Below the pieces are notes generated by a model. That model saw nothing but the letters and a program-made list of their open reading frames with translations. It had not been told where the DNA came from and made no database searches. Positions 46,251 through 59,245 of a stretch of 64,000 nt of DNA are shown piece by piece; position 1 is the first letter of the stretch, and the number at the start of each line of letters is the position of its first letter. Made by a program: the position numbers and the translations under genes. Origin of the DNA: Salisapilia sapeloensis CBS 127946 (taxonomy: Eukaryota > Protista > Oomycota). Where the stretch lies: contig JAADVB010000064.1 of assembly GCA_023334545.1 (NCBI GenBank), positions 16,411-80,410 of the forward strand, read 5' to 3'.

Positions 46251-47642
46251 TCCCACGCACTTGAATCGAAAGTTATTCTTCTGATAAAAGTGATGGATCC
46301 AGTGATTTGCATTATATCTAATTGACTATCACATCAACATATAGAGCGACTTAAATGAAAGTGCACGTTGGAAACTTGATGCTTCAAGGTTACATTTGAA
46401 GTTTAGTTGAAAGTTCGGTTATCAGATCGAAGTAAATGATAGAAGCTTGCGGCAGCCACAGCATGCGGATCCAGCTACTGGGTCCCCAAGAATTAATCAA
46501 ATATAATTATTAAAAAAAAGGAGGCAGCCATCATCATTTTTTCGAGGCTCTGCGAATGACAGGGAGATTCATTTGTGTCAACTAGGTGTCGATCGCATGT
46601 AAGGACGAGTGTATTGAAGCTAGTTTGCAAAGATGTAGGCTGAGCATCAGACACAAGTCCAGAATGGCCATGGGGGATGTCAGGTGTGAATCAGACTTAG
46701 GTTGCTGTTCAATAATTTTCGTCAAGTTAAGCTCTATCATGATATCGCGGCAGGCTCGTACACAGATCGGCTTTTGCGAGATCGGCAGCGTATTCTTGAT
46801 CTGATCAGCATCTCGTAGAAGATAGGAGGTTTTTGACACATCGATTAGTCTCGTCCAACACCTGGTAGGATGCGCATGCTGATCTTGAAGTCGCCCGCAG
46901 GTGTTTGCATCTATGTCCTGACACAGTCTCCAAAGCCATCGTAGACGACAGGCCTTCGGAAGAGAAATTGGAAGATTATCTAGTATACGTGGATGTTATT
47001 GAGGAGAGGAAGCATCTCTTATTCGTATACAAGTATGATATTTTCTTCATGTTTGGAAACGCGCTATGTGCAGCAAACGCTATTCATTATGTCGCATAGC
47101 TGCTGCTCGGGTTGGTTGCAAATAAAGCATCTCATGGTAAGCACAGCGTATGTTTGCCAAACTGCACCTGCCTCAACCTGTGTTGTGCGAAATCGAGTTT
47201 AAATTCTTGCTAACGTCAATCGTGATGCCTCATCTGCATAAGTATCTTCGAAGCGATTTCCATACGGAGCATGGGCAACCTTCTGAGTACACCTTTTTTC
47301 GCATTCAACTCTGTCGACGAATGCATCCTCAATATTCGCTTTCATCTACACTTCTCCCACGACCACACAGGGGCACAGTACTATTTATAGGTACTATTGA
47401 AACCGCGCTAGCATCTAAAGAGCCAAAGATCTCGACCTCACGTACCTGCCGACTAACTTACGAACCCCTACAGTATCACTAATACCTTATGGTAATCAGA
47501 AACGATCCACAGGTTTCCATCGTATATTTGCATCCTTCCGATTTCCTTCGTCTCATGCTTCGTGCTCATACAATAGCCAATCCAACGTAGCGCAAATCCT
47601 CGGACGATTCTCACGTATCAGAAGCGTACGTTTCAATGCAGA

Positions 47643-47654
47643 TGTGTGTGTGTG
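47643..47654. repeat. (TG)6 microsatellite immediately upstream of the conserved trypsin promoter element
   Basis: Read directly from the sequence. Confidence 0.8.
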
Positions 47655-47655
47655 G

Positions 47656-47676
47656 CTGGTTCCACGACACAAGTCT
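47656..47676 (+). promoter_or_regulatory. Conserved 21-bp upstream element of trypsin copy 2 (CTGGTTCCACGACACAAGTCT)
   Basis: 18/21 identical to the reverse complement of 46230-46250, with the same distance to the ATG. Confidence 0.6.
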
Positions 47677-47751
47677 GCTCCAAGGCTTTCGTCGTCATCT
47701 ACCATTTCCCAACTCGCATCGAACAACTGAAGTGAGCTAGATACAACAACT

Positions 47752-48537
47752 ATGGTCAGCACGTCCTCCTTCCTCCTCTCTGCCCTCTTCGCCGGCGCCG
47801 CCATGGCTGCCGACGAGCCGCTTAACTACTCGGACTACATGGCCGTGAACGCTACGGAAGGCACTCCGTTTTCACCTTTGATCCTTAGCGGCACGGAAGT
47901 CCCGAAGGGTACTGAAGAGTTCGTCACTGGCATCAGCAACACCTACGGTGGCTCCTATGTGTGCGGCGGTTCGCTCATTTCTCCGAACTACGTGCTGTGC
48001 GCTGCTCACTGCTCCCCATACTCGAACTACGTGACCGTTGGTTCCCACTACATTGACGGCTCTGGCGGTGAGCGTATCCGTGTGAAGCGCAAGAATGTCC
48101 ACCCGAACTACAACTCCGCCTCGCACGCTAATGACTTCATGCTTTTGGAGTTAGAGAGCCCAAGCACTTTCACGCCCGTGCAGATCGCTAGCGCGGATGA
48201 CTCTGACTTCCGACCTGGTGAGGATGCTACGGTCATGGGCTGGGGTGCCACTTCCGAAGGCGGTAGCGCATCGAGCGTTCTCCTTGGTGTCGATGTGGAA
48301 GTTTTGACCAACGAGGACTGCTCTCGCCGACTTCGCATTGACGAAACGATGCTGTGCGCTGGTGGTGTTGCGAACGAAGACTCTTGCCAGGGTGACTCTG
48401 GCGGACCCCTCGTCAACAGCGACAACGTCCAGATCGGTGTTGTCTCGTGGGGAACTGGATGTGGTCGACCTGGTTACCCGGGTGTCTACGCCCGTATCTC
48501 CCACGTCCGCAGCTGGATCGACAGCTTCATCAACTAA
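47752..48537 (+). CDS. Secreted trypsin-like serine protease (S1A), inverted paralogue of 45372..46154
   Basis: Signal peptide; mature ILSG; LCAAHC, NDFML, DSCQGDSGGP; 261 aa, with long identical stretches shared with copy 1. Confidence 0.97.
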   Translation: MVSTSSFLLSALFAGAAMAADEPLNYSDYMAVNATEGTPFSPLILSGTEVPKGTEEFVTGISNTYGGSYVCGGSLISPNYVLCAAHCSPYSNYVTVGSHYIDGSGGERIRVKRKNVHPNYNSASHANDFMLLELESPSTFTPVQIASADDSDFRPGEDATVMGWGATSEGGSASSVLLGVDVEVLTNEDCSRRLRIDETMLCAGGVANEDSCQGDSGGPLVNSDNVQIGVVSWGTGCGRPGYPGVYARISHVRSWIDSFIN

Positions 48538-48658
48538 GACGACCTGGTCGACACAAAGGACAACGTTTCCAAACTATGACATGAGATAGGTTTTGAATGT
48601 TTTAATAGAACCAGTCGAGTGTAGTCATCCCTATTCCATCGTTTGTGTTGCGGTTTGC

Positions 48659-49936
48659 TTAAAGGATACAGTCTGGGAGTGGAGCTACAAAGGTCATCCG
48701 CTGTTGGGACTGTGGATGTGGAATAGTAAGTTTGTAGGCGTGAAGACACAGTCTAGAGGACAAACCCTCTACGTTGGCCTTTTGTCCGTAAAGAGTGTCT
48801 CCCAAGATCGGATGTCCAATGTAGTCCATGTGGAGCCGGAGCTGGTGCGTCTTGCCCGTTATAGGCTCCAGCTTTACAATTGACGCTCTTTTCCAGTCAG
48901 CAGATCCGTTTCTCTCATGCGAGTGCTTCTGACGTTTCGTCGACGGTTCCTGCGGCGTGTAATCGGTATTTCCATCTTCCTGTTGCTGGGTTTCCGCTAG
49001 CGCAATCACATGAGCTCTCCTCTCCTCGACATTAGTAGCTGTCGCTTGTTCTACCCCCGAAATCGGAATGCCGCTGTCGAGCACACAATACTGAGTACAG
49101 CTCCATGACGCCTTCATTCCATCTAAACCCGCACCATCGTCTACTACCTTTTGCGCTAGCCTCTGATTCGGATCCTTTGACATCCATACTTCGACACTAC
49201 CTTCACTATCCGTATTAAACGACCCTAACACCCTTGCCACGTACGTCTTCTCCACTGCTCGTTGACGGAAACTCTCGTTCAGACGCTGAGAAGACACTCG
49301 AGACAGAGCAACCACCAGCACACCCGACGTCTCTTCGTCCAGGCGATGCACTACACGAGCCTCGCAGTGCTGTTCCTGAATCCTAGATAGCACCGACTGT
49401 TTGTTTTCAGAATCACTACTTTCACCTACACTAGGCACACCCCAAGGCTTGTTCACCACCACCATCCACTGGTCCTCGTACAGAATCGAAAGTTCGGACC
49501 TGCTGCTATCGAGGGCACTTCCACCTTGATCTGCACGCGGATACACATCTTGAATCCATATCCACATTTTTCCTTCCGTTCCTTTCTGCTTCCTGCCTCC
49601 ATCGTCTCCAGCTACAGGGAGACCGATATGACTGATATGCGGATACAAATGAGCTTTTGACGCCATCTGTCTCTCACATACTTTCGCTACTTCGGCCGTG
49701 AAGGACTTCAAGTCCTTCTCAAGTTCGTCACTACCTGCACTATAGTATAAACGCAGTGGCAAGTCCCACGCGATCACACCGGCAGGCAAATGCTTGGACA
49801 CGAGCTTTGGTGGTCTATTTACTAGACTGTCTGGCATGGTAATCGACATCGCCTCACATAACCTTTGTGTAAGATTTTGGAGCTCGATTTTCATTTCCGT
49901 CAATAAAGAAACATCTTTGGATTTATGTTGATGCAT
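48659..49936 (-). CDS. RluA-family RNA pseudouridine synthase with N-terminal extension
   Basis: VVNKPWGVPS, catalytic VHRLDEETSGV, TGKTHQLRLHM..IGHPILGDTLYG, LCLHAYKLTIPHP. Confidence 0.93.
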   Translation of the reverse strand: MHQHKSKDVSLLTEMKIELQNLTQRLCEAMSITMPDSLVNRPPKLVSKHLPAGVIAWDLPLRLYYSAGSDELEKDLKSFTAEVAKVCERQMASKAHLYPHISHIGLPVAGDDGGRKQKGTEGKMWIWIQDVYPRADQGGSALDSSRSELSILYEDQWMVVVNKPWGVPSVGESSDSENKQSVLSRIQEQHCEARVVHRLDEETSGVLVVALSRVSSQRLNESFRQRAVEKTYVARVLGSFNTDSEGSVEVWMSKDPNQRLAQKVVDDGAGLDGMKASWSCTQYCVLDSGIPISGVEQATATNVEERRAHVIALAETQQQEDGNTDYTPQEPSTKRQKHSHERNGSADWKRASIVKLEPITGKTHQLRLHMDYIGHPILGDTLYGQKANVEGLSSRLCLHAYKLTIPHPQSQQRMTFVAPLPDCIL

Positions 49937-50470
49937 GCAGATTCGAGAATGAGATCAGACAATCGTACCAAGTAGTTTAAAATAGAAGTCTGGGTCATCT
50001 CGTCCAATGTCGGACTCTACCATCCCATATTATTGACACAGTCTATGCACTGACGGGTACGCCCCAGATGACGGTATCACGCTTTGTGTATGTCAAAACT
50101 ACTACGACGAGATGTGGCAATAGTCTGCAGATGGTAGTCATACACATTCGACGTATGCAGTCAGGTCAGACACATCTCATTGTGATCGCTTGTCTATTGA
50201 CGTTCACTTGAAAGGCTGGCGGAGACACTAGCATTCGAAACGTTGTAAATCCTTTTGGGCACTTGGCCAAGGCGAAAGTCGTGACGGAGACTATAAAAGG
50301 AGAGTCGTGCTACGTCATCAATCGGGGATACCGCGTATCACGTTTGGCGAGCGACGAGAAGACCAGACATAGTAAGTAGAAGTCGAGCACTGGACTATTC
50401 GTGCGTATCATATCGTTGTATGATGACATTGGGTCCGCGACTATCGGCTGAATAGCAGTCATCAAAAAGT

Positions 50471-50484
50471 CTCTCTCTCTCTCT
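50471..50484. repeat. (CT)7 microsatellite just upstream of the 50518 gene
   Basis: Read directly from the sequence. Confidence 0.8.
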
Positions 50485-50517
50485 GTATCCACATGCTTAC
50501 TCGCTTGAATGATGTAG

Positions 50518-52012
50518 ATGAAGAACACCGATGAGAACGTTAGTGAGGCACGGCGTAAACGGCATAACGCGAATGAAAGACGGCGTAATGTAGCCTTTCG
50601 GGTACATGTCCACGTCATATATGCTATAACACGCACTAACCACGTGCCATGACTATTAGGACCGATTGAAGAAAATGCGTGAGGAGCTTTCGCTATTGGA
50701 AACATATCGCAATCGCCTACGGACAGAGTCATCAGCTGAACGTGGATCAGACAAGAAGACTGATTATTTGGAGCTTGTGGACACAATCGATCGGCTCCGG
50801 AGCGAAAAAGATTTCCTCACGTCCCGTTTGCAGCAATGGGACATCCTACACACAGGCTACCACACCGTCATCAGCTCTTCCATGCCATCTTCAGAAACGT
50901 TACCAACCTCTTCGCCTTCATCCTCTGATGACAGCGGTACTCATTTATCGCCGATACAGGATACATCACTTGCCGATATGTCCGCTGACTCACAAGGCGA
51001 TAAAGAAACGTTGGACCTGGCATCACGTGTTTTCCTGAACGTAGTGTATCCGCACCCAATGGCCTACGATGACGTGATGCGTCTCTTGAAGGAAAGCTAT
51101 TCTGAAATCATGTCGTTCTGTTCGCAAGATGAATTCGAATCGCTCGGCGGCGAAGTACTTGGGTGGAAAGATAAACGTACGTTACAGGACCAAAAGCTAC
51201 AGTTCATGCTGTCACAAACTTTCGAAGACGCGACGCCATTGGAATTAGTAGAGAAAACCTTTGCTCTCCTGACGCATAAAGAGGGTTACCGGCGCATCCA
51301 GCCTCGGGTTGCCCAGTTGAAGATTCTGCAGAAGGTGAATGACGATTGCGTCATTGTCTGGATGTGTGTCGCGAGAAATAAGAGACAAGCTGCGCGTACG
51401 AAGAGTCGCGTGCAAAGCGAGGAGCAAGAGATCAGTCAGTCCATCTTACTAGTGGCGAGAGGTCGCATTGAACACGGGTATCTGGTCACCTATCGATCGT
51501 TACCGCTGACCGCTGCGCATCAAGAGTTCGCCAAGATGAATGGCACGAATTATGTGACTGTATTTAACTGGTACATGTTTCTGGACGCAGCTAGCTCCAC
51601 GTCTACTTCGAATCGTCCAATGGATAGCTCCATCGCATCAATGGTTGAAGACACCAAACTCGACATGAGTTGTATGCCAATGGACTATTCTGAGCACAGC
51701 CGCACGGAGGGGTCGAGCATTGAGTTTGAGGCAATGTTGATGGACGAACTCACGGAACTATTTACGGCATCGCCCGAGCACAATCATAGAAGCGAAGACA
51801 GCACAGCTAAATATGCGGCGTATGAAGACCACGCGAGTGACGATGCTTCTGACTCGCCATCGGATGCAAAGACCAGTGGATGTGAAGTTATCTTTGGAGG
51901 AAAAGCGACGAATGCTTCATCCGAATATCTAAAGTACCTGCTTATGGAAGTTATGGCTGGTATCGTAAGGTGGCAGACAGCTGTGGGGCATTCGCGATTG
52001 AAACTAGCGTAG
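50518..52012 (+). CDS. Basic region + coiled coil + START/SRPBCC-like domain protein, 2 exons, ~478 aa
   Basis: Exon 50518-50601 (MKNTDENVSEARRKRHNANERRRNVAFR), 58-nt intron 50602-50659, exon 50660-52012; VLGWKDKR...EVIFGGK...RWQTAV pattern as in the 42857 gene. The start may be preceded by a further exon. Confidence 0.82.
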
Positions 52013-53226
52013 TATTGCAAACGGTTCGTTGGCTTGCACTTGATATTATTCATTAGAAGATGGCTAGTTAATCCGAGAGTAAATCCTTAATCTTGTGAGT
52101 ACTGCATCTTACTTATCTGACTACTTTATATAGCGCAGTTAGTGTTATGGATGTATGGAATGTGCGGGTATTTTGTCTATGACAGACCGGCTATGCTGCA
52201 CGAATAAGTCTGGGGCATGGAAATATATAGGCATCCATTTCGCATCGTAACACGTTACGTGAAGTAGTACTGATCTATGTAGCAAATAAGCACAGTAAAA
52301 GCTCAATAAAAATGGATTAAAAATTAAATCGAATAGGCTCAGAACGTTATCTATACGTGAAAGTACGCCGGTTGGACGGATGTGTGCTTTTAAATGCAAG
52401 TTCGGCTTAGCTTTAAGAATGAAAGGTGGCCGGAAGATAGTACGAACTAAACTCTCAAAGTTTAATGTATGCATGAATGTTTACAGCTAGACAAATATTA
52501 TTAAATGTAAATTTTATTAATGTCTTCTTACTTCTTTCTCACCTCTGCCTTTATTCATATTCGATTTCGAATGACATAACTGTTGTGTTTTCGATCTTTC
52601 GATATCATCACGCCAAAATGAATGATGGATTGCATTCAATATGATGTGTATCCAACTTTGGATCTTAGACAGGGTATTATCGAAGGTCTCATTTATATGC
52701 TCTGCCATATCGCGAGTAAAGATAACGCTAAAACAAGTTATAAAGTGAATATTCTACGTTAACTTTCCAGCTATGACCTGAGCGTGCTGCGGTCGCTCCC
52801 AGCGCTTCAGAAAGCGACAATCTTTGTTAAATGGTATCGCACTTCCTCTGCACGTAACTTAGACTTTAACTTTCCCTTGCTAGCTTATAAGCCGAAGATT
52901 TTACAAATTAAAAGCATCTCCTTTAAATAATTTGAATTAGCAGCAGCCATAGGAGGTTGCCTCTTAGCAGGTAGATGTTAATGATCTCGAAAACACATCT
53001 GCAATACTTGACTACCACACAGCATGCACTATTTGGTTAGTACTTCCGAATGTTAAATCTCTCACCAGCTAGACGTTAAGCCGCCGAGCTACTTGCTCGC
53101 ACACATTTACTAAGTTTTAATATTAAATCTTATTCAAACGTAGTACCACACCGCTACCAGAACACAAGGAGACGATAAAGATTTCCAAAGTTAGCAAAGT
53201 GAAAATTGGTGCCAGTTTATGTTTCT

Positions 53227-55129
53227 TTATTCTCCGTTCGCAGCACTGCCCATGCCCTGTGACTTTTGCTCCATGTTCTTATTTTCCGAGTCTTCCGCTT
53301 CTTTAATCATGCCAAGGAAATTGGCATCTACCGTCCGCAGTAATTCCTCCATCTTATCGTCTTTATTACTACCAGCCCCATTGTCTCCTTTGTCTCCATG
53401 ACCGTCTTCGTCATCCTGCGCTTTTTTCCTCCTCATCTCTTTTTCCTTTGCTTCCAGATTCTTCTCTCGCTTCGTCTCTCTTTCAAATACCCCATTGATA
53501 GCAGTCTTTTCATTTGGCTGAGACATCGCGAGTCCCTCAGATAGCTCTAGTAGCGATATCATACCGTTCGTGTCTCCCACTGCCACTAGTCTGCCACTGC
53601 TTGCAAGATTCGATTGCTGAACACTGATGGCACTAAGTGGTACGTCACCCACTTTATGAGAGTACACGACTTCATTTTGCCGGTAAAAAAAATCCCATAC
53701 ATCAACGACACCATCCATCCTTGACACGAAGAAGACACCCGCTCGGGATGGAGACCAACAACCGCTTGTAACGTACGAATCATGGTAGGCAGTGCTCATG
53801 ATCGGTGTCTTTAAATCCTCACACCAGAGTCTAGCTGTCCAGTCTCCGATCGTTAAGAAGAACTTGTTGTGAGTTGGATTGCGTTGGATGCTAGTGATGG
53901 GACCATGATGCTTACCACCATTTGCACCGGTGTCGTACAAAGTAATACCGTTGTTCTGCTTGGCGTTTCGAAGGTTTATGCTTAGTACAACACCTTGTTC
54001 TGTACCGACAAGATACTTTGTTGGTCCTGCCTCCGTATTGTATTCCATGCTAGCTCCACCGTACGTGACAGGGCTGCCATCTTTTCCATTTGAATTATCT
54101 TGCATCAGCAGCTTATGTGTTGGCTGCGCCAAGTGCCGAATGTCCCACCATAACATCCATCCGTCCGTTGACACAGATGCACATTGGTTACCAGTTTTGG
54201 AGCTGATCCAAAACACATCATAGACTGGATCATGATGGGAGTGTTCTATGATGGACGTTTCGGCTGGGGTCGCACCACTTTTGCGCAGATCGAAGAAGTT
54301 GATGAGACCGTTGTAAGATCCTGCGACCAATTGATCCACAGACTTTGGATTGTACTGCATGCAGACCAATGGTGATGATGCTTTCAGGGTCGTGTCAGGC
54401 GTATTCGGATTCAAGATATCCCAAATATAAGACGTCGTCGGCATCTTAAGACCTGTATCCCGCTTATTATGTTACCAAGTACATTAGAAATAGTTATCGT
54501 TCGGTACCTGATGTTGGCATCCCGGTAGACCCAAGCCCACCAGGGTTTCCACCGCTAAAGACCGGGTCTTGGAAGTTGAGCACACAATAGCACGCTGCCA
54601 TCTTGTATGGGCTTTCTGGGTGCCAGTCGATTTTGCTCACCGTTCGGTTGACAACTTCAGGATCTCGAAAGACTGCAAGACCCTTCGCACTAGGCTGCTC
54701 CGTCGTCGCTGCTTCGCCAAGATGAGATAGATAATCCTCATAGATGTTGATGGTATTGTTCTGTTTTAAAGCTCGGTCGGCGGAAGCGCCCAATGTACGT
54801 ACTGACGTCCGAAAGTCGTCATCTTTCTCTGCTTTCTTTCGAAACCTTTGGACATCACTTTGTTCCGCCGGATCTACATCTTTAGGCCAGCCGCCTTCGA
54901 CATGACGCATACTGCTCGTCTTGGTGACCAGCCGATCCGTATTCACTTCGTGCTCGGACATGTGAGGTGTCGTGTCGAAACGGGCAGTCATAGGTCTGCG
55001 GATGACATAGTCCTGCTCCAGTTGATCAGTTGATGGAATGGTCTCCAGTGTCTGAGCCGGTGTCGAAGTAAAAGCACAGTGCCTCCCGAAGGAGTTACGA
55101 GGCTTGGTGTAGAGATAAGCTAGCTCCAT
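53227..55129 (-). CDS. DNAI2: Axonemal outer-arm dynein intermediate chain 2 (WD40), 2 exons, 615 aa
   Basis: MELAYLYTKPRNSFGR N-terminus, HVEGGWPKDVD, WD repeats (SHHDPVYDVFW, FLTIGDWTARLW, WSPSRAGVF); intron 54507-54453. Confidence 0.92.
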
Positions 55130-57675
55130 AGCAAAGGAGGACTTAAGAAGGTCAAAGTGACTAGTCGGATATGCGCAAGAGTGTATTTGAAAAAGGATGG
55201 AAATGTAAGATCCGAGCCGGGAAGGTCACTTGAAACGCTCATACCTGAGAGGACACCTTTAAAATCGGTATGCTACATGGGAATTGGAAGATCTGTAAAA
55301 AAGTTGTAGTCACGGACTTCAATACTGCTGTCTGTCATATTACATAGAGAAGGAGCCAGAGAGATTGCGAATGCAAGTAGACAAACAAAGAAAGCTACAT
55401 TTTCTCTTTTTGCTGTCCTTATTCGGCTTTCTTGAATTTGGAGTTCGGGTTTCGCTCGAGATAGAGACGCATTTCCTCCACATCTTTCAAGTCCTGGTAG
55501 TATTTTTCCTGGACGTAGCCTCCGAGGAACGCTCCAGCACCAACGAAGAAGACGTGTTCCCAAGGCTCTACGTTTGAATTATACAATTGAGCTCCATGCT
55601 ACAGGCTACTTATTGAGTGAGGGTACTTACGGCGCATCCAAGGAAGCTTTTGCAATGCATTGCTTCCGAATTTGGTCGTGAGGCCCATGAGAGCGCCGAC
55701 GGAAGCTCCAAACATCCCCATTTTAGCTTGTTCTGGTGGTTGTTTTGACTGCGTGTGGCTCTCGCCTTCCTACATACAAAAATGAAAGTAATTGTAGTCA
55801 ATACAAAGAAACAGTCATTTTATTATAAGATATGAAAGACTATGAGAGTAATTGATTCTGTACTCTGTCTGTATGTCAAGAGCATCCCATTCAGGCAGTA
55901 AGGTTGTTGGAGCTGAAGCTTGCAAAGAATTACTCTTTATATAGTTTGTTACGATGACAGCACGTTTGGAGTAGCACTTGATACTTTCTTGCTCTTTCTA
56001 GCCCGACAACAGCGGCATGACTTTAAGGCCAAGGGCAAACAAGAAGACGATGCTGTCGAACATTATATCAGGCACAGTGTCATTGAACCAAGAGGTTGAT
56101 AGTGTCTTCGTTTATAGTTTCTTTCAGCTCAATTCCAGCTCACGTTAGGGGTAGGAGAAGCGTCCTCACTTCAACTTGGATATAAGCACTTCTTGCTTTG
56201 ATCAAGTTTGTAGAGATAAAGCTCTCTTGATATTCATGATAGCGCTTCGAACTCGCATACTACTTGATAGGGGCACCAAAGTCTCCTAATCGTGCAAAAG
56301 CTATCAGTAGTCTTTGCCCATGATTATCTTCACTGGCCTGCAGAGATATCGGGCCACTAAGATTATCAGCAGCCGATATTTCCACATCAGTTACGTCCGG
56401 AGGTAGCTGATTTGGATTTTAGGGCGATAAAGTATAAGAATCGGAGACCAAAACGTTAGTGCTCCAAACATAAACTTATAAGACGACTTTTGACAACTTT
56501 GATACCCCTATTGAAATTAATTGTATCGGACTATCCTGGTTCGACTTTATGCCATCACCGAGAACCAAGTCAATCAACTTAGACGATGATACACGCAACC
56601 AATTGTCTTGTAGACGGAAAGTTTGCCATATATTGGGCAGCAAGTAAACGAGGCGTTGGAGGCATAGCGAATCTTATCGTGTAGTCTGCACGTATGCATA
56701 CCGATCAGGTCGCAACACCTTTAACCGCTCTCGCGTGGATTTTGCGTATGAAACTTTTATGTAAAGTAAGATTTTCATTACATCGAGCATGCCGACGTCG
56801 GACGATGATTTAAGCGGAGAGCACAAGGGGAAGTCAGGCTCAGTACCATTGGCGACATCCGTACAAAAATCTTGAAGGAGTGAATAGCAGACTATCTTCA
56901 GATCAGACAGAATTGCGGACATTTGCTAAGGGTATTAGATGTACGATGGTTCCGTTAACAATCGCACATAGCGCCACGAACATACACATTTCGGTGGTGG
57001 TAATTGGAAGTCTAGAGCTGTAGCAACCGGGAAAACCTCAAACTGATCGCGTATGTTTACAAAATTACGAATGAGACCAGCGAAAACTGAATACTTTGTC
57101 GAATTGTTTCCTGACAGCGCTCCTTCACTATGATATGGCACCAACTAATCTACATCGTCAGAACCTGAAGAGAGAGTAAAAGATGTCCGCAAGCTTGTCG
57201 TTCGTAGCCTAGCAACAATCGAACGTACAACATGCTCAACCTGTCACTAATTTGATTAAAATCTTTAATACACTTGAAAGGAAATGTCACTGAAGCTCTT
57301 CAGATAGATCGCCAAGATGAGATTTAATCACATTTGGATGCATGCAAGCACATCTGTCGGGTAACTTTCATAGACATTTCGCACTAGCCATAGTAAAAGG
57401 CAGTGGTGTTTCCAAGTCCGGAAGATAGCGAGACACACATCTGACTTCCGAACGTCCATGTTGTTGCATTGTGAGCTAGCTATTATAGAATTAACGAATC
57501 ATAATTAACGAAGACCACGTGTGCATTACAACCCTTCGAGCGAGGGAGGAGGGCTGGCGCAATTCACGCATCATACTTCGTTTCGCCGCGTTCACCCCAA
57601 GTATCACACTTGCTCCCGAGTACTTTGCGAAACACACTTGAAAGAGCGTACTAGCTTGAAGTGAAATCAACCACA

Positions 57676-59245
57676 ATGGTATCGAAGAAAGTTATCGTTA
57701 TCGTATCAGTCGTCATTTTGGCTTGTTTGGGGGTCCTTGCTGGAGTCGTCATCTCCAATTCCGACTCGATATTAAATGGAAGTAGCGAAGGCTCAGGTTC
57801 GGCATCTGGATCTGGATCGGGAACCTCTGGGTCATCCACAGGAGGTGGGTCGTCGAAGAAACCTTCGGAGTCGGCGGGATCTAAGGTCAGCACGGAGGAC
57901 AAGGAAGTAAAGGGGGAGGTCGAATCTGATCCCACAGAAGCAAGTTTCGACTTTTCAGCTTTCGCCATCGGCGACTGGGGTCAGACGATGTACTACACAA
58001 ACGGCTCCTCGTGCTGTTCTCGTCGCAAGGACGGATCTTACACGGCGCTCGACCGTCACGCTGAACAAGCTGTCAGCCATCTCATGGCCTTAACAGCTGA
58101 TGAGTTAAAACCGGAAGTAGTGATCGGCCATGGGTACGTTTGCTTGAACATTTCAATATGGAAACTTGGACTTCATGATATACTGACCGCTTTATCACAG
58201 TGATAGCTTCTACTGGACAGGCATCATGGGCGAAATGGACCAAAAGCACCGTTTCCAAGAAGTATTTGAAGACCGTTACTCGCAAGATTCACTTATTGAC
58301 GTCCCGTGGGTGAACGTGATGGGCAACCACGACTATGGTGGTGGATCGTACATTTGTATGGAGGATGAAGAGCTCGCCGAATGCTCCGGCTCCAGTGCTT
58401 TGACAAGTGCCATGCAGAAAAAGCTGGATCTCCAATCGTCGTACACGAGCCCGAATAATGACCGTTGGATCATGAAGGACCATTACTATGTCTACTCGAT
58501 CGAACAAGGAGATGTGAGTGTTGACATTTTCAACCTCGACACGAACGATGCGGATTCCCATGGCGCCAGTCAGATCTGCTGCCAGTGCTACAGTTACTCG
58601 TCTGGGGAGGAAGACGAGGACGGAGATGAAATCAAGTGCAACGAAGTGACTCGTGGCAACAAATATTGCGCTGGAGGAGATAATGACATGTATGACGCGT
58701 GCATGAAACAGTTCAAAGAGTGGGGTGATGAATCCCGAAAGAAACTTTTGGAAGACGTCAAGGAGTCCAAAGCGACGTGGAAAATCGTCAACTCTCACTA
58801 CTCTCCGTATAACCACTACGGGACGGCAATGTCGGATGAGTGGAAGGAGCTTTTGGGCAATGCAAAGGGTCTTCAGCTATGGATGAATGGCCACACGCAC
58901 GGCGAGAAGCATGATTACTCCAAGAAAGTTAAAACACATTTCATCGAGAACGGAGCTGGTGGTGGTATCCAGAGTGAATCGAGCTCTGGCATTCCAGGCT
59001 ATGCCAAGGACTGGATGGAGCACTTGTGGAGGGCCACTGGTAGAGGCGACAGTAATCCATACGGTTTCTTCGAATTGCAATTTTCCAAGGAGTGGATGAA
59101 AGTCCGATTCCGTACATTTGACGACTCGTGGGCATTGACCAAGGAGGACGACGGGTATTCCAAGGGAACAGTTGGTGGCGTTCAGACTGGCCACTGCTGG
59201 TACATCCCGGCAGACGGTGGCGAAGGGAAAGAGTGCTCGGATTAA
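57676..59245 (+). CDS. Calcineurin-like metallophosphoesterase (purple/tartrate-resistant acid phosphatase type) with N-terminal membrane anchor, 2 exons, 500 aa
   Basis: Exons 57676-58133 and 58201-59245; metal motifs GDWG, GDSFY, GNHD, NSH and GHTH; Ser/Gly linker after the TM helix. Confidence 0.92.

Noticed and set aside
45372-48537. Glucanase inhibitor protein (GIP) call for the trypsin pair
   Set aside because: Both have the intact His-Asp-Ser triad; GIPs lack it.
56535-56550. GGTTCGACT resembling a tRNA T-loop/B box
   Set aside because: No cloverleaf, acceptor stem or A box in the flanks.
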